The notes under the pieces were generated by a model. It worked only from the letters and a program-made list of their open reading frames with translations, had not been told where the DNA came from and made no database searches. Shown one piece after another: positions 44,667 through 55,774 of a DNA stretch of 55,774 bases. Origin of the DNA: Macrostomum lignano (lineage: Eukaryota); the NCBI GenBank assembly GCA_002269645.1, contig NIVC01002243.1:1-55774 (forward strand), in the 5' to 3' direction. Position numbers and translations under genes: made by a program. Each line of letters opens with the position of its first letter. Position 1 is the stretch's first letter.

Positions 44667-47600
44667 ACTACTAAGCAACGGCAGATGGCTTGATTTTGGA
44701 GGTGAGGTGGGTGTCAACCCTCCTCGCCTCTCATTGGCTGGCGCCCCGATCACTAGGTGATCGATACCCGTATCGATATCGGCGACTCGAACCCGCGACC
44801 CTCCCCAGCCGCAGGCGCACCTACCGATATTAGATCCCAATAAATCAATCAGATCCCAAATCAATCAGATCCCAAATCAATCAGATCCCAAGCGCACCCT
44901 CCCGAGCCGCAGGCGCCCATGCAGCAGGCGCCCATGCCGCAGGCACCCCGAGTGTACACTCTCCCGATATGTGTGTACACCGATATGTAGTCATCGATAC
45001 GGGCCTCTTCCCCTCTCTCACCTACATCTCAACTAGCGAAATCGAACCCAGGTCGCGCCCATACTAGGACACTACACGGTTGTGGGGTATAGGGAGCGAG
45101 AAGTTTCAACCCTAACGCTGACGCAGCCCTGTACAGTGAGAGTGTACGGGCAGAGAGGGGTGGGGCGGACAGAGAACCAGCCACTAGGTTGTTATACTGT
45201 TGAAGCATAGGGAGCGAGAAGTTTTAACCCCGATGCTGACGCAGCCCTGTACACTGAGCGTGTACGGGCAGAGGGTGGGTGGAAAGAGATGTGAATAACA
45301 CAGCCTGCTGCAGGAGCCGGATAGAGAGGCGCATGCTAGGACAGAGAGGTAGTGTGAGTCACACACACCCCACAGAGAAAGCCATACAGAGGATAGAGAG
45401 CTCCCTCCCCAGTTGCAGGGGACAGAGGGGCAGGCAGGGTATGCAGGGGCATGCGAACCGTCAAGGGGCCACGCGAGGATAGAGTGGAGGAGCAGAGATG
45501 TGTTTGGACAGAGAGCCAGCCACGTGTGCGTAGTGTGAGGGAACAGAAACATATGGAGCAGGAGGGAGATAGGAAGCAAACGCGCAGGGTAAGGGAGCCA
45601 TGCAGCAGGGAGCAGTGTACAGTGAGACACGGGCAGGGGTGGAGCCGTGCGTGGACAGAGCTGAACGGCACGGTCAGCTGCAGGAATAGGATGATAGAGA
45701 GGCGCGGAGGGGGACAGAGAGCAGTGTGCAGGGTAGGCAGCCACGCAGGCTGGGGAACAGAGAGGCGCGTGTCAGCCAGTTACAGCCCGGGACAGAGAAG
45801 TATGAAGGGGGGCCTGGGACAGAGAAGTATGAAGGGGGGCCTGGGACAGAGTTGCGAGCAAGGCACAGAGAGAGGTAGGGTCCGGTAGCTATGTATAGGC
45901 AGGGACCCACGCGAGGGCAGGACAGGGCATGCAAGGCATGCAAATTACATACAAGGGCAGTGAGGTGTGCGCGGAGGGAGACAGAGAGCAGTGTGTAGGG
46001 GTAGGTAACAGCAAACTTTAGTAGAGGCGCGTGCGGGGACGGAGAAACCAGTCTGAGCGTACAGAGACGTTACAGAGAGGTACACAAACAGAGACCAAAG
46101 CGGGCAGAGCACGTGTAGGGACAGAGACGTGAGGGAGAATAGACCAAAACACGCTATGTATTTTCAAAAGTTGGTTTTAGTGCAGCATATTTAATAGCGG
46201 GTAGTATAATAGTATGTACATAGTAGGTATAATGGTAGTAATAATAGTAAGTATATTAGCCCAAAAGGTAGGCTAAAACAGGCTAAACTGTGTGTACGCA
46301 TCCTCATCACCCCACAAGCCCCCTCTCCCGCCAGACTCACTCTTCCATACCCTCCTGTATTGCTGTATGAAGGAAAATATAGTGTAAAAATACAGATCTT
46401 AACCGTCAGACCGCTGAAATCAGGGCACACTAGAGGGGTTTCGGGGTCTGCATGCTCTATGTAAGCTGTTTCAATTATGTTTTGAAAAAACTAGGGGCTT
46501 AAATACAACGTTTTATTCAAAAAGTAGGTTATTTTAATGAAATAGCTGACACAATCATTGTCGAGAGTAGAAATTTTTATAAGAAACCAGGCATTTTAGC
46601 AAAAATAAACCTTCAAACCACATAAAATTGAATAAAAAGCAGACATTTTCAATTATAAACCGCAAGTATTTTAATAGAAAAGTAAGCAAACAAGGCACAA
46701 AACCAGCAAATTTTACCTTTTTATTTTAATGTTACTGATAAGGTAGAGAGTAGAAACTTGTGAGCTGTACGGAGTTAGAAAGTATTAACCATTATGTATC
46801 GTATGAATTATTAGTTCAGTACCAGCCATTGGTCAAGCGAGCATTTATGAAGTTATTACGAGTGATGAAGGGATAGAGAGCTATATACAGGAAGACAGTA
46901 TCCTTCTAAACCACCACGAACAGATTGCTAATAGAGATAAGCTTTGTCTGTGTGCAGTATGAGTAAGCGAAGGCGGGGCAAATACTTTTCCACATGCCGG
47001 ACAGAACAGTATTGTGCTAGGATTTCTCTCGAAATCACGGTACGTTACTAGTTTTTATCACACCATCCAGATGCGTCAACTAGTCAGCAGTAGTCATTTA
47101 TATGTTATTAGAACTTACAAACCCAGGTCAAGTAAATATTACAAAGAGTATATTACGTACACACGCCAACTCCGAATACCAAGCCATACTAGTCTACTTG
47201 CAGTGCTCCTGGAGGGAAGGGACGGCGGGGTGTACATCCGGCAGGGTGGGCGTCCAGCGAGTGTACATCTGACAGGATGGGTGTTCAGCAAGTGTACATC
47301 TGACAGGGTGGGCGTTCAGCAAGTGTACCTTCAGCGTCGAGTAGGTGTACACCCGTCAGTGGGGAACTCCACCCCTCCCACCAATGTCGTGTGCATGCGG
47401 TTAGTCAGTATAGTGGTGGGGTAGACGGTGCAGGAAGGAAACCCAGATGCTGACGCTGCCCTGTACAGCGAGCAACCAGCCCCCTGTAGCAGGAGGGGGA
47501 CAGAGAGTGCGTGGAGGCAGTAGGAGATAGAGGACGCTACCCGGCATGTCGCAGCACGCGGCGCGGGACAGAGGCAGTGTGTAAGTCACCCCGCGGAGAG

Positions 47601-50600
47601 AGCTCCCCTGGCAGGAGGCGCGGGACAGAGAGGCGGTGAATCACACCCCACGGAGAGAGCCGTACAACGAGCTTCCCCACCCGAGTCCGGTAAATATTAC
47701 AGAGTATTACGTGCACACGCCAGCCCTGAATACCAAGCCATACTAGTCTACCTGCAGTGCTCCCAGAGGGAAGGGATGGTCAGGAGTTACACACCAAGAA
47801 TGCATTCATACAAAGAGTACACAACTCGAGCCCAGACACCAAGTCACAGTCTACTTACAGTAGAGATGGTAGATTAATAGCAAGATTATATTACAATTAG
47901 ACCTCCCTAGCACATGAGGAGTGAAATTCAATAATAATTGAATTCAATAATAATACAACATTTAGACGTAGTAATTTAATTACAAAATACCACTAACACT
48001 GAGCCAACGAATTGTAGGTTACAAAGGAGTTGCCACTCATATGGAAAGCCAGTATAATGCAGGTGTGTATTATTAAAACATAGACAAAAACGATGCAGAC
48101 GTATATACACACTATTGATTTTGTACATGTACATTTCGGCATATTACCACACATCGCGGGCACATATTATATATCGGGGGATAGGTTAAAATACACACAT
48201 CGTAGATGTAGAAGCAGACACAATGCAGAAAAATTATGATACGAGTGTACATATTAGTGCGTAAAAGTATCATATTATGACACCCTGTAGCACATATTGA
48301 CATAATGCAGGGGAAAATATTGACAGAAATAGTACACAATTGTAGAGGTAACAACCAGCCAACTAGTAAGGGCATCCAGCACTTGTTCAGGTTTTTTTTT
48401 TATTTCGAGACGAGTGTCATGCCCCCGCAAGAGATCTTATCAGAAATTTGTTGAACTCCACTGCAACTCTCCCCAGAACCTCCAAATGGGAGTTTTAACA
48501 CTTGAGGGGATCCCGCTCAATGTACAGTGCGGACGGAGAGGGGTAACAGAAAGCGCTGCATCAGACCGCGGAGCTGCATTCCTCCCCGAGGTAGGCGCGT
48601 CAGCTCCCACTCCTCATTTAACCATCAAGTAAACTAAAGAAGTCAAGCAGAAAGCCTTACAATCACCCGCAACCAGCACAAGTAAGAGTACTTTCCACTA
48701 GAGAGCCATAGTGCAAGATTCGCGAGCCAAGTTGAAGAAGCACACCAAATTACACTAAAGACATATGTATTAAAAAGCATACCGGCACCTCTACAAAAAC
48801 ACAGTATGTACCGATTAAAGTTGCTTTTGGTGCAGTGTATTTAATAAAAAGCAGGTACCTAACACAAAAGTAGGCATCAATGCAGTGCACGGGCTAAACT
48901 GTATTTACAAACGCAGGGCAACGAACTACACACAATGTAGCGCATAGACATAATTGTACACATAAATGTACGCAATTTCCGGTATATAGGACCAAATGTA
49001 CGCAAATGTACACAATGTACACAAACACACACACACTCAGGCGTATTCACAGCAAGAGCTTCCTGCCGATGGCGCCATCGCCTGCGGCGATCGGTGCTGC
49101 AGGATGCGCTGCAGGATGCGCCTGAGTGTGTGTGTGTTTGTGTGCATTGTGTACATTTGCGTACATTTGGTCCTATATACCGGAGATTGCGTACATTTAT
49201 GTGTACAATTATGTCTATGCGCTACATTGTGTGTAGTTCGTTGCCCTGCGTTTGTAAATACAGTTTAGCCCGTGCACTGCATTGATGCCTACTTTTGTGT
49301 TAGGTACCTGCTTTTTATTAAATACACTGCACCAAAAGCAACTTTAATCGGTACATACTGTGTTTTTGTAGAGGTGCCGGTATGCTTTTTAATACATATG
49401 TCTTTAGTGTAATTTGGTGTGCTTCTTCAACTTGGCTCGCGAATCTTGCACTATGGCTCTCTAGTGGAAAGTACTCTTACTTGTGCTGGTTGCGGGTGAT
49501 TGTAAGGCTTTCTGCTTGACTTCTTTAGTTTACTTGATGGTTAAATGAGGAGTGGGAGCTGACGCGCCTACCTCGGGGGAGGAATGCAGCTCCGCGGTCT
49601 GATGCAGCGCTTTCTGTTACCCCTCTCCGTCCGCACTGTACATTGAGCGGGATCCCCTCAAGTGTTAAAACTCCCATTTGGAGGTTCTGGGAGAGTTGCA
49701 GTGGAGTTCAACAAATTTCTGATAAGATCTCTTGCGGGGGCATGACACTCGTCTCGAAATAAAAAAAAAACCTGAACAAGTGCTGGATGCCCTTACTAGT
49801 TGGCTGGTTGTTACCTCTACAATTGTGTACTATTTCTGTCAATATTTTCCCCTGCATTATGTCAATATGTGCTACAGGGTGTCATAATATGATACTTTTA
49901 CGCACTAATATGTACACTCGTATCATAATTTTTCTGCATTGTGTCTGCTTCTACATCTACGATGTGTGTATTTTAACCTATCCCCCGATATATAATATGT
50001 GCCCGCGATGTGTGGTAATATGCCGAAATGTACATGTACAAAATCAATAGTGTGTATATACGTCTGCATCGTTTTTGTCTATGTTTTAATAATACACACC
50101 TGCATTATACTGGCTTTCCATATGAGTGGCAACTCCTTTGTAACCTACAATTCGTTGGCTCAGTGTTAGTGGTATTTTGTAATTAAATTACTACGTCTAA
50201 ATGTTGTATTATTATTGAATTCAATTATTATTGAATTTCACTCCTCATGTGCTAGGGAGGTCTAATTGTAATATAATCTTGCTATTAATCTACCATCTCT
50301 ACTGTAAGTAGACTGTGACTTGGTGTCTGGGCTCGAGTTGTGTACTCTTTGTATGAATGCATTCTTGGTGTGTAACTCCTGACCATCCCTTCCCTCTGGG
50401 AGCACTGCAGGTAGACTAGTATGGCTTGGTATTCAGGGCTGGCGTGTGCACGTAATACTCTGTAATATTTACCGGACTCGGGTGGGGAAGCTCGTTGTAC
50501 GGCTCTCTCCGTGGGGTGTGATTCACCGCCTCTCTGTCCCGCGCCTCCTGCCAGGGGAGCTCTCTCCGCGGGGGTGACTTACACACTGCCTCTGTCCCGC

Positions 50601-53495
50601 GCCGCGTGCTGCGACATGCCGGGTAGCGTCCTCTATCTCCTACTGCCTCCACGCACTCTCTGTCCCCCTCCTGCTACAGGGGGGCTGGTTGCTCGCTGTA
50701 CAGGGCAGCGTCAGCATCTGGGTTTCCTTCCTGCACCGTCTACCCCACCACTATACTGACTAACCGCATGCACACGACATTGGTGGGAGGGGTGGAGTTC
50801 CCCACTGACGGGTGTACACCTACTCGACGCTGAAGGTACACTTGCTGAACGCCCACCCTGTCAGATGTACACTTGCTGAACACCCATCCTGTCAGATGTA
50901 CACTCGCTGGACGCCCACCCTGCCGGATGTACACCCCGCCGTCCCTTCCCTCCAGGAGCACTGCAAGTAGACTAGTATGGCTTGGTATTCGGAGTTGGCG
51001 TGTGTACGTAATATACTCTTTGTAATATTTACTTGACCTGGGTTTGTAAGTTCTAATAACATATAAATGACTACTGCTGACTAGTTGACGCATCTGGATG
51101 GTGTGATAAAAACTAGTAACGTACCGTGATTTCGAGAGAAATCCTAGCACAATACTGTTCTGTCCGGCATGTGGAAAAGTATTTGCCCCGCCTTCGCTTA
51201 CTCATACTGCACACAGACAAAGCTTATCTCTATTAGCAATCTGTTCGTGGTGGTTTAGAAGGATACTGTCTTCCTGTATATAGCTCTCTATCCCTTCATC
51301 ACTCGTAATAACTTCATAAATGCTCGCTTGACCAATGGCTGGTACTGAACTAATAATTCATACGATACATAATGGTTAATACTTTCTAACTCCGTACAGC
51401 TCACAAGTTTCTACTCTCTACCTTATCAGTAACATTAAAATAAAAAGGTAAAATTTGCTGGTTTTGTGCCTTGTTTGCTTACTTTTCTATTAAAATACTT
51501 GCGGTTTATAATTGAAAATGTCTGCTTTTTATTCAATTTTATGTGGTTTGAAGGTTTATTTTTGCTAAAATGCCTGGTTTCTTATAAAAATTTCTACTCT
51601 CGACAATGATTGTGTCAGCTATTTCATTAAAATAACCTACTTTTTGAATAAAACGTTGTATTTAAGCCCCTAGTTTTTTCAAAACATAATTGAAACAGCT
51701 TACATAGAGCATGCAGACCCCGAAACCCCTCTAGTGTGCCCTGATTTCAGCGGTCTGACGGTTAAGATCTGTATTTTTACACTATATTTTCCTTCATACA
51801 GCAATACAGGAGGGTATGGAAGAGTGAGTCTGGCGGGAGAGGGGGCTTGTGGGGTGATGAGGATGCGTACACACAGTTTAGCCTGTTTTAGCCTACCTTT
51901 TGGGCTAATATACTTACTATTATTACTACCATTATACCTACTATGTACATACTATTATACTACCCGCTATTAAATATGCTGCACTAAAACCAACTTTTGA
52001 AAATACATAGCGTGTTTTGGTCTATTCTCCCTCACGTCTCTGTCCCTACACGTGCTCTGCCCGCTTTGGTCTCTGTTTGTGTACCTCTCTGTAACGTCTC
52101 TGTACGCTCAGACTGGTTTCTCCGTCCCCGCACGCGCCTCTACTAAAGTTTGCTGTTACCTACCCCTACACACTGCTCTCTGTCTCCCTCCGCGCACACC
52201 TCACTGCCCTTGTATGTAATTTGCATGCCTTGCATGCCCTGTCCTGCCCTCGCGTGGGTCCCTGCCTATACATAGCTACCGGACCCTACCTCTCTCTGTG
52301 CCTTGCTCGCAACTCTGTCCCAGGCCCCCTTCATACTTCTCTGTCCCAGGCCCCCCTTCATACTTCTCTGTCCCGGGCTGTAACTGGCTGACACGCGCCT
52401 CTCTGTTCCCCAGCCTGCGTGGCTGCCTACCCTGCACACTGCTCTCTGTCCCCCTCCGCGCCTCTCTATCATCCTATTCCTGCAGCTGACCGTGCCGTTC
52501 AGCTCTGTCCACGCACGGCTCCACCCCTGCCCGTGTCTCACTGTACACTGCTCCCTGCTGCATGGCTCCCTTACCCTGCGCGTTTGCTTCCTATCTCCCT
52601 CCTGCTCCATATGTTTCTGTTCCCTCACACTACGCACACGTGGCTGGCTCTCTGTCCAAACACATCTCTGCTCCTCCACTCTATCCTCGCGTGGCCCCTT
52701 GACGGTTCGCATGCCCCTGCATACCCTGCCTGCCCCTCTGTCCCCTGCAACTGGGGAGGGAGCTCTCTATCCTCTGTATGGCTTTCTCTGTGGGGTGTGT
52801 GTGACTCACACTACCTCTCTGTCCTAGCATGCGCCTCTCTATCCGGCTCCTGCAGCAGGCTGTGTTATTCACATCTCTTTCCACCCACCCTCTGCCCGTA
52901 CACGCTCAGTGTACAGGGCTGCGTCAGCATCGGGGTTAAAACTTCTCGCTCCCTATGCTTCAACAGTATAACAACCTAGTGGCTGGTTCTCTGTCCGCCC
53001 CACCCCTCTCTGCCCGTACACTCTCACTGTACAGGGCTGCGTCAGCGTTAGGGTTGAAACTTCTCGCTCCCTATACCCCACAACCGTGTAGTGTCCTAGT
53101 ATGGGCGCGACCTGGGTTCGATTTCGCTAGTTGAGATGTAGGTGAGAGAGGGGAAGAGGCCCGTATCGATGACTACATATCGGTGTACACACATATCGGG
53201 AGAGTGTACACTCGGGGTGCCTGCGGCATGGGCGCCTGCTGCATGGGCGCCTGCGGCTCGGGAGGGTGCGCTTGGGATCTGATTGATTTGGGATCTGATT
53301 GATTTGGGATCTGATTGATTTATTGGGATCTAATATCGGTAGGTGCGCCTGCGGCTGGGGAGGGTCGCGGTTCGAGTCGCCGATATCGATACGGGTATCG
53401 ATCACCTAGTGATCGGGGCGCCAGCCAATGAGAGGCGAGGAGGGTTGACACCCACCTCACCTCCAAAATCAAGCCATCTGCCGTTGCTTAGTAGT
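44667..53495. mobile_element. 8,829-bp foldback element: inverted arms of about 4.38 kb (44667-49043 and 49119-53495), 75-bp spacer, ACTACT/AGTAGT termini, 6-bp TSD; Polinton/Maverick-like ends, non-coding
   Basis: actgag|actactaagcaacggcagatgg ... ccatctgccgttgcttagtagt|actgag (TSD at 44661-44666 and 53496-53501). The paralogous flank of copy 2 shows the empty site ccctacactgagattaattttg. ORFs are mirrored between the two arms in the track. Confidence 0.88.
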
Positions 53496-54149
53496 ACTGA
53501 GATTAATTTTGTACTGGATTTAATTAGTTCGGGCAAAAACTTATAATCTGTTTGGAGTTTCGTGTTCAACATTATTTAATTGATTAGCATTTAGTCTGCA
53601 GACCCGCACATTGATTAATAAATTCAAGGGTTTAATTGCAATTTACTCAGGTTTTTAAATACTCATTTACACAGGCAAATCATTTAGCAGCAGTAAGCAA
53701 CAAAAAGTGTATATTTAATTTTTTATGACACCAGAGCAACATGAGCAGACCTACTCGACTTACTCAAAAATCCATGGCTCATTTTAGGCACTGGAAGCGG
53801 CCAGTCATAAAATGACGTAGTAAAAATAATGAGCTAATGTAAAAACTACCTAATAACAATTTGTAACAGTAGGTGAAGTCTGGCTAGCTGGGATTTATAA
53901 AACATGATCGAAAAATTCAAATTTACAATGCATTTGGATTAGATTAATATATGCCAATTGACTTAATTAGTAACTGGTAGATGAAAAATGACTAAGTGTC
54001 GGGTCATGATTAAAACTTATATTATACAAAACAGATGGAAATGCACATTGCATTGATACCGATTTCTTCCTAACACGGATTAATAACGTTCACCAGTTAG
54101 TTATTGGATTGGAAGTAATCCGACCGAAAATATTTGTCCTTTCAAAAAC

Positions 54150-54790
54150 AGTAAGTGTGCCAGTTGTGCCACAAATATGCCCTTTGACAGAGTTATAAAT
54201 GTCTTTGTATGTCATATTTGGCACACTTGATACAATTGTACCAATTGTGCCGTAGCTATGCCATTTGGCACAGTTTGTAAATGTCGATGTATGTCCTATT
54301 TGGCACACTTGACACAAATAGTATTTTTACTGCTAATTGGCCAATGAAACCAATTGGCACACTTAACACACTTGCTACAATTGTGCCAGTTGTGCCACAG
54401 CCATAACATTTAGCACAGTTATAAATGTCTTTGTACGTCCCATTTGGCACACCTGGCACAAATAACATTTTTATAGCTAATTCCCCTTGGAAACCATTTG
54501 GCACACTTGGCGCACTTACTACAAGTGTACCAGTTGTGCCACAGCTATACTATTTGACACAGTTATATATGTCTTGGACTGTCCTTCTTGGCACACTTGG
54601 CACGAATATCCTTTTTATAGCTAATTGGTTATTAAAACAGACTGGCACACTTGGCCCACTTGCTACAATTGTACCAGTTGTGCCACAGCTATGACATAAT
54701 TGGCACAGTTATATGTCTTTGTCCTTCTTGGCACACTTGGCTCAAATAACCTTTTTTATTGCTAATTACTAACAAAACTATTTGGCACAC
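54150..54790. repeat. Degenerate tandem repeat, about 145-bp period
   Basis: gt(g/a)ccagttgtgccaca and tttggcacacttg blocks recur, with anchors near 54156, 54238, 54383, 54526 and 54671. Confidence 0.75.
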
Positions 54791-54899
54791 ACCTGGTGCA
54801 ACTTGCACTGAGGCTGCGACGTCAGTAGCTTCGATTTCGGCAGATGACCGGCAGGTTTTCACTCCCAACTTGCGGCATGATCTGCTCAGACGCTCGAAA

Positions 54900-55624
54900 A
54901 TGGCGCAACCGCGTTTGATTGACGCCATTACAAAAGAACTAAAGCAGCAGATCACGCAGCATTTCGCCGTCCATCTAGATCAGCTCGTGGACCCAGCCGT
55001 CACAGTTGATAACATGCTGGTCGACGACAATGGAAAGAAATTATACCACGGTAAGAAATTAATAGTCCTTCATTTATGATCGCGCAAATATCCTATTGTT
55101 ACTCTCAAACGCTCTTCAATCCTTAAAAAAACACCTCTGCAGCCAATCGGTTTCGCCTTTACGTCCAACGTCGCTCGGACCAGGGTCACGGCCAGTAAGG
55201 ATATATCAAGAACCAACGACTCCGGCCAACCTCAATGCACTTCTCCGCGAGATGGTGGCGGGGTGCTTCAGCGACGACGAGATTTTGGTAACGTCGTTGA
55301 GCGGTCGCGCTACTGAGCCTGGTCGGCCACGCCTGCTACCTGGCTGGAATCGACATCCCAACCAATGAATGCGATTGAAAAGGTCACGTCCGATGCTCCA
55401 TCACCGTCAGTCGGCGTGAAAAGCAATCCGGACGTTTGCCTGTAAAGAAACTTCGTCAAGGTGCGGCTAATGCACTCGCGAGGACTGAGCGCCGGATGTC
55501 TGCTGTTGCATCTAGCAAAACTAAACTTGTTTGGCAGATGCGGGACCCGTCTAGCTTGGCCTGTCTCCCTCATGTTTCTGGTTTTGTTTTCCCCTGGAAA
55601 TATGCTCTTTCCCACATAAAGTAA
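54900..55624 (+). pseudogene. Possible disrupted gene fragment with a BEN-domain-like segment
   Basis: ATG at 54900 (MAQPRLIDAITKELKQQITQ..KLYH|gtaag), then in shifting frames NLNALLREMVAGCFSDDEILVTSLSG, MNAIEKVT and VKKLRQGAANALAR, reminiscent of the BEN pattern. No continuous frame. Confidence 0.3.
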
Positions 55625-55774
55625 CGAAACTACATTACTATAGTTAGTTCCAGACTCGTAAATTACAATAGCACCAGGAATCAGACTTGTTGTCTAACTA
55701 GAAAAGTATAGGGGAACAGAGGTATTGGAGTTGGTTTCACTAATTGCTTGTTTTTTTATCTAGTTGTTTGTTTG

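Larger units (their letters stand above)
41265..54119 (+). repeat. Third peptide cassette: inverted copy of 28514-32464 that also shares the extended 3' flank of copy 2 (to 35016); interrupted by the palindromic element
   Basis: 41265-44666 plus 53502-53896 is the reverse complement of 28514-32464 (21-bp, 31-bp and 15-bp satellites, unique spacers, gene). 53897-54119 matches 34795-35016. Confidence 0.9.

Noticed and set aside
49044-49118. Palindrome as a missed-adapter long-read artefact
   Set aside because: The 75-bp spacer is not an adapter-like sequence, the outer flanks are different and contiguous with the paralogous empty site, and a TSD is present. Misassembly of the interior is still not fully excluded.
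45184-52979. Mirrored ORFs of 60-186 aa in the palindrome arms, and a broken frame FNYKIPLTLSQRIVGYKGVATHMESQYNAGVYY*NIDKND at 47975-48118
   Set aside because: Low-complexity or stop-interrupted; I recognise no polymerase, integrase, ATPase, protease or capsid motif.

Overview
Eukaryotic (invertebrate animal) nuclear DNA with spliceosomal GT-AG introns. The repeat-rich, GC-rich-exon style is flatworm-like (e.g. Macrostomum), but that is inference only. Left to right: a partial LRRCC1-like LRR exon (-); a 2-exon HSBP1 (-); a 30-exon gene (6419-26992, -) encoding a secreted, strongly Lys/Arg/Cys-rich protein of about 5,300 aa (signal peptide, vWD-C8-TIL, 5 ShKT, a long array of an unassigned Cys repeat, degenerate vWA, PAN); three copies of an intronless 89-aa prepro-peptide gene with antimicrobial-peptide architecture, carried in inverted/duplicated cassettes with three minisatellites; a 3-exon SLC25 mitochondrial carrier (-); and an 8.83-kb near-perfect palindromic element (ACTACT...AGTAGT termini, 6-bp TSD) inserted 17 nt downstream of the AATAAA of peptide copy 3. 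Also present: MITEs, a CORE-type SINE with a nested truncated LINE, and many minisatellites. Eight single-base frameshifts across three genes look like assembly errors. Most other short ORFs in the track are antisense shadows or repeat translations. All gene models were assembled by hand from splice sites and phase, without alignment tools.
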